Assembly: GCF_009914755.1 (NCBI RefSeq) | Contig: NC_060932.1 | Length of the DNA stretch: 64,000 nt | Direction: 5' to 3' (one strand) | Source: the human T2T-CHM13v2.0 reference genome, Homo sapiens | In this document: piece after piece, positions 51,716-64,000 of the stretch | Numbering within the stretch: the stretch's first letter is position 1 | Layout: each line of letters begins with the position of its first letter | Notes under the pieces: generated by a model | Database searches by the model: none | What the model saw: the letters and a program-made list of their open reading frames with translations, nothing else | Told to the model about the DNA's origin: nothing | Program-made: the position numbers and the translations under genes

Positions 51716-53035
51716 ACAGGACATATCGCTGGGTGAGGAGGTAAAAAAATTATTTTTCCTTTGTGTTTTTCTGAATTCTAAAAGTTTTCTAACATTGAAT
51801 CTATTTTTCATAACTAGAAAATATGAGTTAAATAAAATCCATGCAGCAAAATCACCTGGTTTGTTACAGATAGAAGTAACAGAAAATTACCTTATATTCC
51901 TAACCCCTTGGGGTGTCCTCTTGACCACACTGGACAGATGACCCCTGCTCATTGTTTGGCAAATGCCAATCCCCCAAGCTGGCCCTGGTTGTCACAGAGC
52001 TTCTCTGTTTCATCATACTCAGTAAGCCAGTGGCTTAGCACTTAGCTGGTTGTGTGACTCATAAATCAGGAATGCAACCAGTGTGGCTAATGGAGAGGGG
52101 CAAGAGGCGGGGATAGGCTGTGCCACCAATAATCAGTGCAATATGTGTGCAGGCATCGTTAGAACCTTTAGATATGGTCTCACTTAATCTTTACAATCGC
52201 CCCATGAAGGTGGCAGTATTATCTCCATTTAATAGATGAGGAAGTCTAGACTGGGGGGTTAAGAAACCAAAGTTGTAATTTTTGTTTGGCCACCAGTGAA
52301 AAATGAAAACTCTAGACCAAATGATGGATTTTTAAACTGTGTTTCTAGCAGCGCTTAGGCTTAGCAAAGATGCCGGGGATAGGAGGAGCTGCTGAGAGGG
52401 AAGGACTGGCCATCGGCACCTCAGTTATGGCAGCTCTGCCTTGGTCTGTTTTATGGGTTGGCAGGGATAGCTTCACGAATGTGCAGCCAGTGCAGCCTCA
52501 CGGGGCCTGCTGGGCTCACAAGGGGCCCTGCGCTTAGGACCTAATGCTCTGCAGGCACCATCGTGAAATCCTTCATAATTTTGTCTTTTAATGTGTGTTT
52601 TATAAGTAAATCCAATGGACAATGGAGCGTGTCCCCGGGCTTGGAGCTGTAAATCATACTTGGCCCCACTTGCTGTTGCCTTTCTGCCTCCCTGGGATAT
52701 ATTCCCTGCTGCCTGCTCTTGATCCTGGTGCGTAAGGCCTCTCCTTGCTTCCCTGCTGCCCTCCTCATGGATCAGCAACTGGATTGCATTGGGAGAAGGG
52801 AGAAGGGAGCTGTGTTTCATGTCCTTCAACCCCCAGAAGGACCTGGCCATAGGCATAGGGAGGATTGGGGTCAGGTGTGCCCCTTGAAGTGTCTCAGGTA
52901 TGACAAGGGAGTGGCCATCCCCATCCAGGCTGGCAGCATCATGGTGCATTCAGTGGATGGCTCAGTAGGGGCCTCTCACAGACCTTTGACCCGGGTACCA
53001 AGTCATGACGCACATAGAAAATGGCAACATCTGGA

Positions 53036-53325
53036 GGCTGGGTGTGGGGGCTCACACCTGTAATCCCAGCACTTTGGGAGGCCAAGGCGGGTGGATCACT
53101 TGAGGCCAGGAGTTTGAGACCAGCCTAACCAACACAGTGAGACTCCATCTCCATTTAAAATACAAAAATTAGCTGGGTGTGGTAGCGCATGCCTGTAGTC
53201 CCAGCTACTCAGGAGGCTGTGGCAGTTCAGTTGCTTGAACCCAGGAGGCAGAGGCTGCAGTGAGTTGAGATCATGCCACTGCACTCCACCCTGGGCAACA
53301 GAGCGAGACTCCATCTGAAAAAAAA
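53036..53325 (+). mobile_element. Alu (AluJb/S)
   Basis: Full dimer; ggcaacatctg on both flanks. Confidence 0.93.
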
Positions 53326-54579
53326 CAAGGCAACATCTGTATGGCACACTGGGGGAGACAGCAAGCAAAGGGAGCCCTGGCCAGCCTTGACTCCCATTCA
53401 GCAGCCCCAAGGGCTGAAGGCAGTTCTACCCTAGGCTTAGGAAATGGAGTCTCTACCTTGGTCTTGTGCTTCAGACACCCCTTGCCCCTTTCACCCCATG
53501 AGCCCCACCCTTCCCACAGGCTGAGTTATCCAGAGGCCAAGGGGACGTATCTACCAAAGCCTCAGCCCTCCTTCAGAATTCATTGCTTTTATTCCCCCAG
53601 TCCATTACAGACAAATATATGGTCTTACTTTGTGTGATTAATACACAACTCACCCCACTTGTGACTCACCCCATGAGTTTAAAAGCACTCAACTTAGTTT
53701 GCACCCTGCTCAATCAGTAAGTTCAACTAGACAAGTCTGCCTTTGGATGTTCTGGCAATGTCAAATTGCTATAGAAATTTGTAAATGCTTGCAATCAGTT
53801 CTTATATGTATCCCACAGCAGACAGTAACAACAGTTTGGTCCCTGGAGGACACTGAGTAGCACTATTCTAGGCTCTTCTGTGGGTGCTGGGACCCTGGAA
53901 TCCAGTCTGAATGACACCAAATCCAAATCCACACCAAGCCTGCTTCCAGAGTCTTTATGGGCCTGTTTTCCTGATCTCTTCTGCAGGTGTACACTGCCCT
54001 AGCCCCAGGCTGTTTGCAGGGAGGAGTGGGCAGAGATGAGACATGTGTACTGTGGTGTTCATACACATGCATCTCAGGCCCCTTTAGGTACAGGATGGAG
54101 AAAAGGTGGGAATGGGAAGAGCAGGGGCAGGCTGTAATTGGTGGAGGAAGGAAGCCACAAGGATTTGGGACAAGCCTAGCTGCAGGAATCCATTTCTCTG
54201 TTCACCTTGAATCCATCACAGCACCCCAATGTGCTGAGGCCTGCCAGTCAGGGAGCTCTGGACCAGATACTTTCCACTGTGACTTTCAATGTTTTGAATT
54301 CTGATTTCTATCCCATGGTCACAGTTGAAAGCTCATTAGCATTTGGCACAGCAAGTGGGTGACACACAGATAGGTGTCCTGTGGACACTGCCATCTCACT
54401 GTGTGGGAACTGCAGTCTTAGCAACTCTGCCAGTCAACACCCTCCCGCCCTTGATATACAAAAATACACTGCGCTTCTGATGCCTGCCCCATGGCAAATA
54501 ATTTCTCAACACCCAGGGAAAGGATTTTGTTTGTTTTTCTTTACGTTTGATTAAAAGCAAGCCCAGGCAAATACCCCAA

Positions 54580-55620
54580 AGGAAAGAGAAACAAATGACT
54601 TTACAATTAAAATATAAACCTACACAATTAGTCATTAGGCATATAAATAATATAACATCTTTAGTAAATCAAGAAGCATTAATCCAAGCAATGAGATACT
54701 TTATTTTTCCTCTTAAATTGACAAAGATGAAAACCAGAAAAGAAAATATTCAGTATTTGTCAGGATTTAGGGAATATTGCTGTCTTATATACTGTTGGCA
54801 GATGGTCAACAGAAGACAGACTTGTAGAGGTAAATTTGAAAATATATTGCAGAAGACTTAAAAATGTGTATATCCTTTGAAATCTTGAAAACATTGTTTC
54901 ATAGTCTTCTTATGAAACAATGTTTTCATAAGATGAATGAAAAGTTGATGTCTGTCTCACTCTTGATTTTTTTTTCCTCTTCTTAAGCTGTTCTTGATAT
55001 CACTGATGTTCTGAAACTTCACTAAGGTCTGTCTTAGGTTGGGCTTCTCTTGCCAAGTATTTGGTAGCCTACTTCAAATTGAGGTTTCACATCTTTCTTT
55101 GGTTCTAAGAAATCTTTATTATTTCTGTGAATATTGCTTCCCCTCAATCTTCTCTAGCCTCTCATCTACAACTCTTATTAGATCAAGGCTTAATTTACTG
55201 GATTTCTATCCTGCATTTCCTAATAATGTTCAGCCCTCTGTGCTACCATGGAGAATTCCTTGGCCTGCCCTTTCAGCTCACTAAACTGCTCTTTCTGTCT
55301 ATCGTGTTATTCAGCTTCTCTATTGAGGGTTTTTTCTTTCAACATTTAAGATTATTATTTCAAATATCTCTGATTGAACATTTTTGGGTAACTCGTCCTC
55401 ATTTTGTGGTTATATTATCTCCATTTTTCTGAGCAGATTGACTATACTTATTGAAAATTCTTTTCTGAATACCATATTAACTCCATTTCTTTTGGGGATC
55501 TCCATTGCAGAGTTAGTTGTCTCTTTTTTGTGGTGTTGGCCTTCCTCAAATGTTTGCTCATTCTTGTTTTTGTACTGATTTTTGTAACTGAAGTTTCCTG
55601 CTAGAATGTCATCTGCATCT
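54580..55620. mobile_element. Old L1 fragments: A-rich (+) to about 54880, T-rich (-) from about 54935
   Basis: caatgagatac..atatactgttggcagatg..aaaatgtgtatatcctttga, then T-rich L1 body. Confidence 0.55.
54886..54928. repeat. Perfect 18-bp inverted repeat, 7-nt spacer
   Basis: tgaaaacattgtttcata-gtcttct-tatgaaacaatgttttca. Confidence 0.93.
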
Positions 55621-56108
55621 ATTTGAGAGAGCCACTTGGAGAGCAGGGATGGGAACTACTATTGGCCTAACTCTTGGCACTATTTTCAAAATACCAGTCT
55701 TCTTAACCTGGGTTTTTCTTTCTCGCAGGTGTCTCCAGCTCCTGAGAGCACTGCCCTTCTCTCTAGTCCCTGCCCCATACAGACTCCTCTATTGTTGCTG
55801 ACTGGCCTCAGCAGGTGGAAGAGTAGAAAGTCCGGGCTACCTTGCTGCTTCTTGCCTCCCTGTAACTATGGCAGAAACTCTGTCAGCTTCTGACATCATA
55901 CTTGGCATTCCCTGTCATGCTTCCTGGGCCACCTTTTCTCTTTCCAATAAGATTCTGTTCATCCTTTATTAACTCCTCAGTGTAGTCCTCTCCCTTTTCA
56001 GTGAGGCTATTTATTTAAACTTCTATCATTTCTTGGCATTTGTTGTAAAAGGCACACATACTCAGTCCAACACTTTGAGCTGGAGCTATTAAAAAAAATC
56101 TCTGTATT

Positions 56109-56416
56109 GGCCAAGCATGTTATCTCATGCCTGTAATCTCAGCACTTTAGAAGACTTAGGTGGGAGGATTGCTCAAGGCCAGGAGTTCAAGACCAGCCTG
56201 GGCAACATAGTGAGACCCTGTCTCTACAAAAAAATATACAAAAATTAGCTGGGCATGGTGACACGTGCCTTTAGTCCCAGCTACTTGGAAAGCTGAGGTG
56301 AGAGGATCGCTTGAGCCCAAGAGTTTGAGACTGCAGCAAACTATGATCATGCCACTACACTCCAGCCTAGGCAACAGAGTGAGACCATCTCTCTAAAAAA
56401 CAAAACAAAATAAAAA
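56109..56416 (+). mobile_element. Alu (AluJ-like) within an old L1 (+) fragment extending to about 56760
   Basis: Alu dimer with (CAAAA) tail, followed by ccagtaatcccacttctaggaatttatcccaaggaa. Confidence 0.92.
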
Positions 56417-56864
56417 CCCAACATTTATATAACCTTCAAGCCAGTAATCCCACTTCTAGGAATTTATCCCAAGGAAGTAATTTAAAATAAAACTTTAACC
56501 ACAAGGTGTTTCATCACAGTAGGATTTATTATGAAAATGTGGAAACAAATATCCAAGCAAAGGGGATTAGGTAAATAAATGATGACATAGACATGTGAAA
56601 AATAACATGGCAGAATATTTAATGGTATAGAAAAAAGTCATCAAGGTATCATTAAGTAAAAATTTCAGGTTACAGAATTGTTTTAAAATCTCCTTTTTGT
56701 AAAAAGCATATATGTTCTTATAGAAAAGGGTAGCTCTGCATGGTGGGATTTCTGGCAACTTTTGTTTTTTCATTTTGACTATCTGTTTCTCCACCATTTT
56801 GGGATTGTTTGCAACATCTGCCATGTGCAAGCTTCTGGTTCCATCCTCTGCTTACCTCCCCCAG

Positions 56865-57031
56865 GCATGCTGGAAGATGGACTGCCCTCCAATGGTGTGC
56901 CCCGATCTACAGCCCCAGGTGGAATACCCAACCCAGAGAAGAAGACGAACTGTGAGACCCAGTGCCCAAATCCCCAGAGCCTCAGCTCAGGCCCTCTGAC
57001 CCAGAAACAGAATGGCCTTCAGACCACAGAG
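56865..57031 (+). CDS. BAALC: BAALC main internal coding exon (exon 6 of 8; 167 nt; (G)MLEDGLPSNGVPRSTAPGGIPNPEKKTNCETQCPNPQSLSSGPLTQKQNGLQTTE)
   Basis: Acceptor ctctgcttacctcccccag|GC, donor GAG|GTAGGG; peptide seen in track ORF 56762-57079 and recognised as the central part of human BAALC. Confidence 0.96.
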
Positions 57032-57799
57032 GTAGGGTTGCAGCCACAGAATCAACTGGGGACTGGAGAATGGGGGTAGGGCTTGCTTCAGGGCAGAGCC
57101 ACCCAGCCGCTATGTCCAGGGAGGGACCAGGGATGGCTCATCTTGGAAAAAAAAAGTCTCTGCCCCACCCATGTAAAAATTGCTGCAAACCCCACCCCAA
57201 AACCCTGCCTTGAGGGTTGCTGCTTTTTGTTTCCATGTGTATGTTTGCTTAAGTACAGCTTTATTCAAGGATCTTGTTTTCTGTGGCCACTGTCACCATG
57301 TTGATGGTGAGGACTGTGCTGGTTAGAGGAACCAGTCTTAGGCCAGGCAGCTGGCCAGTCTCAGGGGTTGGCAGGGTGGGGAGTGGGCAGAGGAAGGAAA
57401 GAGAAGACCAGAGTGGTTGGAAACAAGCCTCGCATTTTACTCAGGCCCTCCAACCAGGTGGGCATTGGAAGGGCCCCCAAGGGTGGCTCTCATAGCAGAA
57501 TGTGGTGACAGCATCATCCCCAGACTGTTGGAAGAGGCAGGTCAGTGATGTCCCTGGACGTGGCGGGTATCCTTTCTTTTCTCCCAGAGCTATTGTTGGG
57601 AAGATCCTCTTATGGGTACAGGAGGGGCAGCCCAGAATGAGCGCTCTTAGTAGGCAGGGCTCAGGCATCTGCAGTCTCTTCCTCTTCCACCCAGTTCCTC
57701 CTTCTGACTTCCTTATCTTCCCTATGCCCCACCCCCTTCAAAATCCACTGCTTACCCTAGGCTCCATACCCATTTTCTCCTATCTCTTCTGTCAAAATT

Positions 57800-58418
57800 A
57801 TACTGAACCAGGTTCATTCTGTCTGTGCACAGCAAACCAATCACTGTGACAATGGGTTTTGCAAAAGAGAAAGTTTATTCATGAGGCAGCCAAGTGAGGA
57901 GGCAGAAGAACAGATCCCAAATCTGCCTCCACAAAGATAGGGTTTAGGGCTATCTATGAGATAAAGAAGCCGGGTAATCTAAGGCATGAGGAAAGATGAT
58001 TGGCAGTGGGGGAAAGTGAGATAATCAGTGGTCTGTGCTTGCATAGTCATGGTTCATGGCTCTTCACAGGATTCATGTTCAGAAAATGGCTGTGTTTGCA
58101 TGATCTTCAGGAAGAGTTTTGGCCTTCTGACTTCAAAAGGTCACCTCTTGGGCATTTCTACAAACCCAGTTGAAGGGTCAGTGATCTCAACTGGCTTTAA
58201 CTGGACAAGAGCTAAGCCCAAGTTCCTGAAAAACAACTTTAAGCAACTGTTACAGTGGTGATCTATATGTCAGATATGTAGTCTGTAACAAAGCTAGTGG
58301 ATTGGTTAGCTATGGGACTTTCAGCTATATGGGTTTTAAGATTAACTAGAAGTGAGTGATTAAAAGCAAGCAATGCAGGTTAAGTTTGATAGGCTTAATC
58401 AGGTTAGTCCCCAGTTCC
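57800..58418 (-). mobile_element. Solo ERV1-type LTR, family unresolved
   Basis: LTR-like: tttatt (minus-strand AATAAA) at 57875, gaacagatcccaaatctgcctcc motif, ends ..aggcttaatcaggttagtccccagttcca. Confidence 0.6.
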
Positions 58419-59360
58419 AAAAACTTACTGGTCCTGTCCCCTCGGGCCAATGCCACCTGTTTTCTGAGAGTACAACTCATTATCTAATGATGGAATTCTT
58501 GCTCATATCAGTGAGTTGCCTCTCTAAGTTTTGGTCAGAAAACCTGTTGCAAATTCATCTCTAAAGCTCACTAACTAAAGGCCTTTCAGAAATGACTTAA
58601 TCTCTCAGAATCTCACGTTCATTATCCACACAATGGAAATAATACAAAATGAGTGAACAGATGGGCCTCCTCTTATAAACTAGGATATAGATAAGAATGG
58701 CAGTAAGGATTAACAGGGGATAGTTAGGCACACAGCACCATAATCCACTTAAATGAAACACTAATGGTGGCCCTGCAGACACTGGAGAAGGTAATGAGGG
58801 GTGTAGACTTCAGGGTTGTGGTGTCCTTAATAGAGTTCTGTATTGTCTACTTTGCCTGTGCATTAGGTGGCCTTCTAGAGACCTAATCATCATTGCCATC
58901 TCTCAAGACAGTCTGGACCCACAGAACTACGTTCAAAAGCTTGATGACTGCTCTACCACAGGCCCAGATATTTGTCTTCTAGTCTCCTTCCCACACTTGT
59001 GCCCTTACCCTCTGAGCCAGGATAAGCCGTGGTCAAGAGGAAGCAGCTTTGCCTGGTGGATGGCATGATCCATACACTTGTTTCCCCACCTCATTTCCTG
59101 CCCCCCCATCCATCACTTTAAAATTATGTTTTGCAGTTTACAAAGTGCTTTTAAGTCTACTGGCTCCTTAAGTTCCCCTAAGAGCATTGTGAAGTAAGCA
59201 TTATCCCCATTTTATAGACAAGGAAACTGAGGTTCATTTGATTGAGTTACATGAATAAGGCCATATAAGTGTTGTAGAAGGATATTGGTAGCTTTAAATC
59301 AGAAAAGGTTTCTATTAAGAAGATAGAACATAGCTTCAAGTACATTTTAAAAATGAATAG

Positions 59361-59775
59361 TGTATTAGTCAGTTGTTGCCTCAATAATGCTGCATAACAA
59401 AACACAGCAACATTCAGTTGCTTGAGACAACACCTCCCGCCACCCCCACCACTGCCACCATGGTCAGCTGTAACTTAAAAAGGCTCAGTCTGACTTTTCC
59501 AGGGCTGGCTCAGTCTGTTCCATATATATTATTCTGGAAACCAGGCCAAGAAAGCAGCAGCTTTCTGGGGTATATTCTTATGACTATGGCAGAAACCCAA
59601 GGGGGCAAAACCAAACTACTTGAACGCATTTCGTGTCTCTGCTCACATCATACTGACTAATATCCCATTGGCCAAAGCAAGTCAAATGGACAAGCCCAAC
59701 TTTAAGCAGGGAAACATACTCCGTCCAAAGTGGAGAGAGAGCAAAGAATTAGGAGCAATAATGCAGGCTACCACA
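59361..59775 (-). mobile_element. MaLR LTR (MLT1H/I-type)
   Basis: tgtattagtcagttgttgcctcaataatgctgcataacaaaac..atcccattggccaaagcaagtcaaatggacaagccc..ctaccaca. Confidence 0.75.
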
Positions 59776-59789
59776 TACCACATACATAC

Positions 59790-60345
59790 ACAAAGAAATG
59801 CAACTCATAACTTCAATGAATTCTTATAAGGTGGCACATCCATGTAACCATCATGCAGATGAAGACATAGAACATTATCACCAGCCCAGAAATCCACAAT
59901 GTCACCATTCTTCTCACTCCTAGTATTATAGATCAGTTTGGTTTGAGACTTATAAATAGAATCATACAAGTGTGAGCTTTTTCATGTCTGGCTTCTTTTG
60001 CTCAACATTATCCTTGTGAAAATCACCCATATTGTTCTGAGTTGCAATAATTTTCTCATTTTCATCGTTATGTATATTTCCTTATATGAATACACTGCAA
60101 TTTACCCATTTTACTTGATAAACATTTGGGTTGTTTCCAGTTTGGGGCTATTGTGAACAATACAGCTTTTAATGTTTGTGTGCATGGTTTGGTGGACAGC
60201 ACTTCTTTTGGGAATATACCTAGGAGTGGAATTGTTGGGTCACAGGACAGGGGTATATTTGACTTTCATAGACATTGACAAATAGTTTTCCAAAGTGGTT
60301 ATGCTGCTTTATACTCTAACTAGCAGTGGTTGAGTTCCAGTTATG
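59790..60345 (-). mobile_element. L1ME-type 3' region
   Basis: tgtctggcttcttttgctcaacatta..catttgggttgtttccagtttggggctatt..atatacctaggagtggaattg. Confidence 0.8.
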
Positions 60346-60407
60346 GAACAAAAGAATTAAAAATCAGTAAGTTGTGCTTAGTCTGTCTTCCTTGTGGTAG
60401 CAACTAC

Positions 60408-60720
<313 letters not shown>

Positions 60721-61762
60721 ACTACCAAGTATTTATTCATATGTGGTCTAGGTATGACATAGGGTGCAAAGCACTTTGTTATGTTATCTCTTAATCCTCA
60801 CACTAACTCTATAATGTTGACATTGTTGTCTCCAATTTACAGATGGGAATTGAGACTCAGATATAGCTAGGGAAAGCATGCCCCCATGCCGCACATACAC
60901 ACACACCCCACACACTTTGGGAGCTCATGGGGCTTTAAAATGGGGCGGGCAGAGTCAGCCCCCGTAGGGCTTCAGCAGCAGTGGAAACTGTCACAGAGGA
61001 GTGATGACCACACACACCTGCCCAACGCAGCACCCCTGGGCAGATGATGCATATCAATGAGCAGCCTGTGCAGCTTTTGTTTTCATAATTAAATGAACAT
61101 GGCTGTGTTGTAACTGTTTTCAAAATAAGATCAGGGAGCTGATAACTTTAGTTTTAACGGTTTATATTTAAAAGATAATCAGTGGTCTTTACATCCTGCG
61201 ACCTCACCAGTCACTGGCCATTCTGAGTCCCTCAAAGGCCAACGCAAAGGTTTTCTGTCTAAGATGTTTAGAAGCTAAGTTTACCTGTGATTGATGCTTC
61301 TGTCAGCAGAGCTACCTCATACCAACACTCAGGCAGGCTCTCAACTGCCTACTATTTGCCCAAAGAAAATACTTTTCTTCCTATTCCCTCCTGGGCCTTT
61401 GATATACTGTTTTTTTTCCTAGTGTGTCTCTTAGACTCTGGGCCTAAGCTTTGTGCATTTTCAGTATCTGGCTCAGTCAGTATCCACTTGCCTCTTCCAG
61501 TCTTCCATTGCACCCCTATATGAGCTACTAGCATTTCACCATGCTCCCCTTAGGCACCATCAGGCCACCTGGTTGGTGGTTCTTCGGCATTTTTTTTTAA
61601 AGCTTTCCTTCTCTAGAAGATCCCTTTCATGAAGCATGTGTCCTCATCCACAGGCCTACTGCAGTGCTGCCATTCAGATTTACAAAACAAATTTGTATGT
61701 GAAAGGCAATCCTTGCGAGGCCTGGAAAATTTTTTAATCAGTTCCTATAACTACTCTTAAGA

Positions 61763-61990
61763 TTCATTCATCAAATGTTCATTGAGTGCTGTCTAGGTGC
61801 CAGGCACTGTTCCAGTGCCAAGGATCCAGGGGTAGAAAAGACAGACATGGCTTTTGCTCTGAAGCAGCTGCTAGTTTTAATGGAGGTGGGTTGGGAGCCA
61901 AATAATATAGAATAAATAAAGCATTTATAGACTCTGAATGGTGCTATGAAGGAAGTAGAAGGTCACTAGTCAGGGGTAGCAGCTACTCTA
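61763..61990. mobile_element. L2 terminal fragment
   Basis: ttcattcatcaaatgttcattgagtgctgtctaggtgccaggcactgtt..aagacagacatgg. Confidence 0.7.
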
Positions 61991-63410
61991 TTTAATGCAG
62001 ATGCCACCTCACGTTTAAACTGCTTTCCAAAGGGTGATGGGGCAACTAATGTTGCTTATGGCTGTGAGCAACAGCACCTTGTGTTTGGAGCCCTTCTCCA
62101 CTTCATGTCCCATCAAACAAACCATATCTTCCTTTTTGTCAATTCCCTCCAATCCCCCCGCCTTATGCCTGGTGTTAATAGGTGTTAACTGGCAAGAAGA
62201 TTGTGGCAAAAATGATCTTTCATAAATTGGAACTGACTGTCTCAGTGGGGAGCTCTTTCTCTTTCTCTATTGCACCTTGATTTCCCCAGTCATTTGGGGC
62301 CTTACTGACTCCAGAGTGTCTGATAAATCATTGGCTTGGTCTCCTTCATCCTACTCCCTACCTGAGCTCAACAAACAACACGAGAGGCAGCGCTGTAGTT
62401 GCTTGTCTTCTCCCACTAATTAGTTGTTCAGGAACTTTGGGCTGCCTCCAAACATTTACTCTCTAACCTGAATGTGCCATTTCCTTAGGCTTAGGACTCT
62501 TATTCCCCCCCACCCCTTAAAATACCTCCTCAAGTATTCAGCTACAGTAAAAATGTATATGTGGCCATAGCTCAAGTAGAAAAGGCTCTGACATGTGGCT
62601 GGCCTTCCAGGGAACCCTCCTGTCTTCAGAAGCTGCATATTTTCAAGTTGCTTTATTATTCTTGACAAAGTGACTGGACCGTGCTAAAGGAACTAGCATG
62701 GGGACTGATTCTCAGCTAAGGAGTTTTCTCCCGCTCCTCCTCCTGTCCCCTCCCCCAGTGTCTGGTCAACATCATTGGCAAGGCCTGGCCCAGTCTGGGA
62801 AAGACAGGTGAAGGTCCACAGAGATAGGAGACCTGATCAAGACAGGAGGTTAGGACCAGCCCAGGATTTCTCCTGGATAACACTAATATGAGACATATCA
62901 AGGGAGAGTTTGGAAAGTAAATATGAGTCTCTCCCAGAAAAACAAAAACAGGACATTAAAAGGAGGGAGCGAACAACAGAAACCTCTGGGAAAACCAGAG
63001 AGGGGAAGCTATTAGAAGGGCACTTTGGTGTCCTTTCTAGTGCAAGCCTGGGGAAAAAGGAAGGAATTTAGCAATACAGAGATGTGCACCTACCTACTGG
63101 CTGCTACCTCTTGTAGAGATTTGTAAGACTCGGTATTCATGTAAGGGTCTGCAGTCAAACCAGTTCAACTGGAAGGCTCTCAGGGCAGACACTGCCTTAT
63201 TTTTCTTTATATTCTTCCCTTGACTCCTGAGCCTACTTTAGGGTTATGAACCTAACAGGTACTCACTACCTACGTGTTGATTAACTGAGACAGCCTAGTC
63301 ATCACTCAGATTAGAAAAGGTTCCCATAGCTTCAACCCCACCCATCCCAGCTCTGCACCACTATCCTGTGATGACTGTTCTGTGGTTGCCCAGTTGCTTT
63401 TCTAAAGCAG

Positions 63411-63500
63411 GTTCTGCTGCCTTCCTAATGTCTGATCTTCTATCTGAAGTTCAAGTTGAAAAGCAACAACTCCTTTTGGCACTCGATACAAACTCCCAGG
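63411..63500 (+). CDS. BAALC: BAALC alternative exon 7 (90 nt; coding VLLPS then TAA at 63426-63428)
   Basis: Acceptor ttgcttttctaaagcag|, donor AGG|GTGAGT; phase 0 matches the end of exon 6; VLLPS matches the recalled C-terminus of the exon-7 isoform. Confidence 0.8.
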
Positions 63501-63857
63501 GTGAGTAAGTCTAAGTGTAGATGGGGAAGGGGGCTGCGGTCTGCACAGAATGTGCTCCAGGCTTGGAGGAATCTTAAGAGTTTTACCTGCAGCATAGTCT
63601 GACCCCTGCGTTCTGAGGCTAGCAGCTGGCCCTTGGTGGAGTTGCTAAGATCAAATATCCCATGACTGACCTTGCATTAATGCCGTACAAATTCACAAAG
63701 CAGCAGCAAATACATTCACAGAATTTGAGAACAATTAGGGTGTGTTATTGTGTACCTTCCTTTCATGAGACCTGTCTGAAAAGACGTCAAACATCTGGAG
63801 TTGCAGCTGCCAAAGCTCTCGTCTTTAATCTTTTGGGAAGGAAGAGAGGATAAAACT

Positions 63858-63995
63858 AATATTTTGACGTGCCTACAACGTGCCAGACACACTATGACAT
63901 CATTTTTAACCCTTACAACTCTAAAAGGTAAGCAACATCATTTCCTACCTGGGAAAACAGAGGCTCAGAAACTAGATATCTGGTCAACATGGCCC
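63858..63995 (-). mobile_element. MIR
   Basis: gcctacaacgtgccagacacact..gggaaaacagaggctcaga. Confidence 0.65.
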
Positions 63996-64000
63996 AAGGA

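Noticed and set aside
56762-57079. 105-aa ORF as a single-exon gene
   Set aside because: Only 56865-57031 is exon; the rest is in-frame intron read-through.

Overview
This is human/primate genomic DNA, not prokaryotic: it is rich in Alu, L1, L2, MIR, MaLR/ERV LTR and MER repeats and depleted in CpG. The whole window lies inside the BAALC gene (brain and acute leukemia, cytoplasmic; + strand). I recognise it from the 167-nt main coding exon at 56865-57031 (G-MLEDGLPSNGVPRSTAPGGIPNPEKKTNCETQCPNPQSLSSGPLTQKQNGLQTTE). The alternative cassette exons can also be read with their AG/GT boundaries: exon 2 (27313-27417, stop inside), probable exon 3 (28257-28403), exon 4 (42044-42114, stop inside), exon 5 (44604-44708, in frame, lying wholly inside an antisense MaLR LTR) and exon 7 (63411-63500, stop inside). 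The first and last exons lie outside the window. Almost all ORFs in the supplied track are spurious. I see no evidence of a wholly new multi-gene system. The best leads are the TE-derived and poison cassette exons, a chain of strong minus-strand splice sites (likely BAALC-AS1), an unidentified GC3-rich coding fossil at about 39.2 kb, a TAG-c-ATG alternative ORF in exon 2, a twin-primed L1, and two template-switch palindromes. Gene, isoform and repeat-family names come from my recall of the sequences, not from database searches; repeat boundaries without a TSD are approximate.
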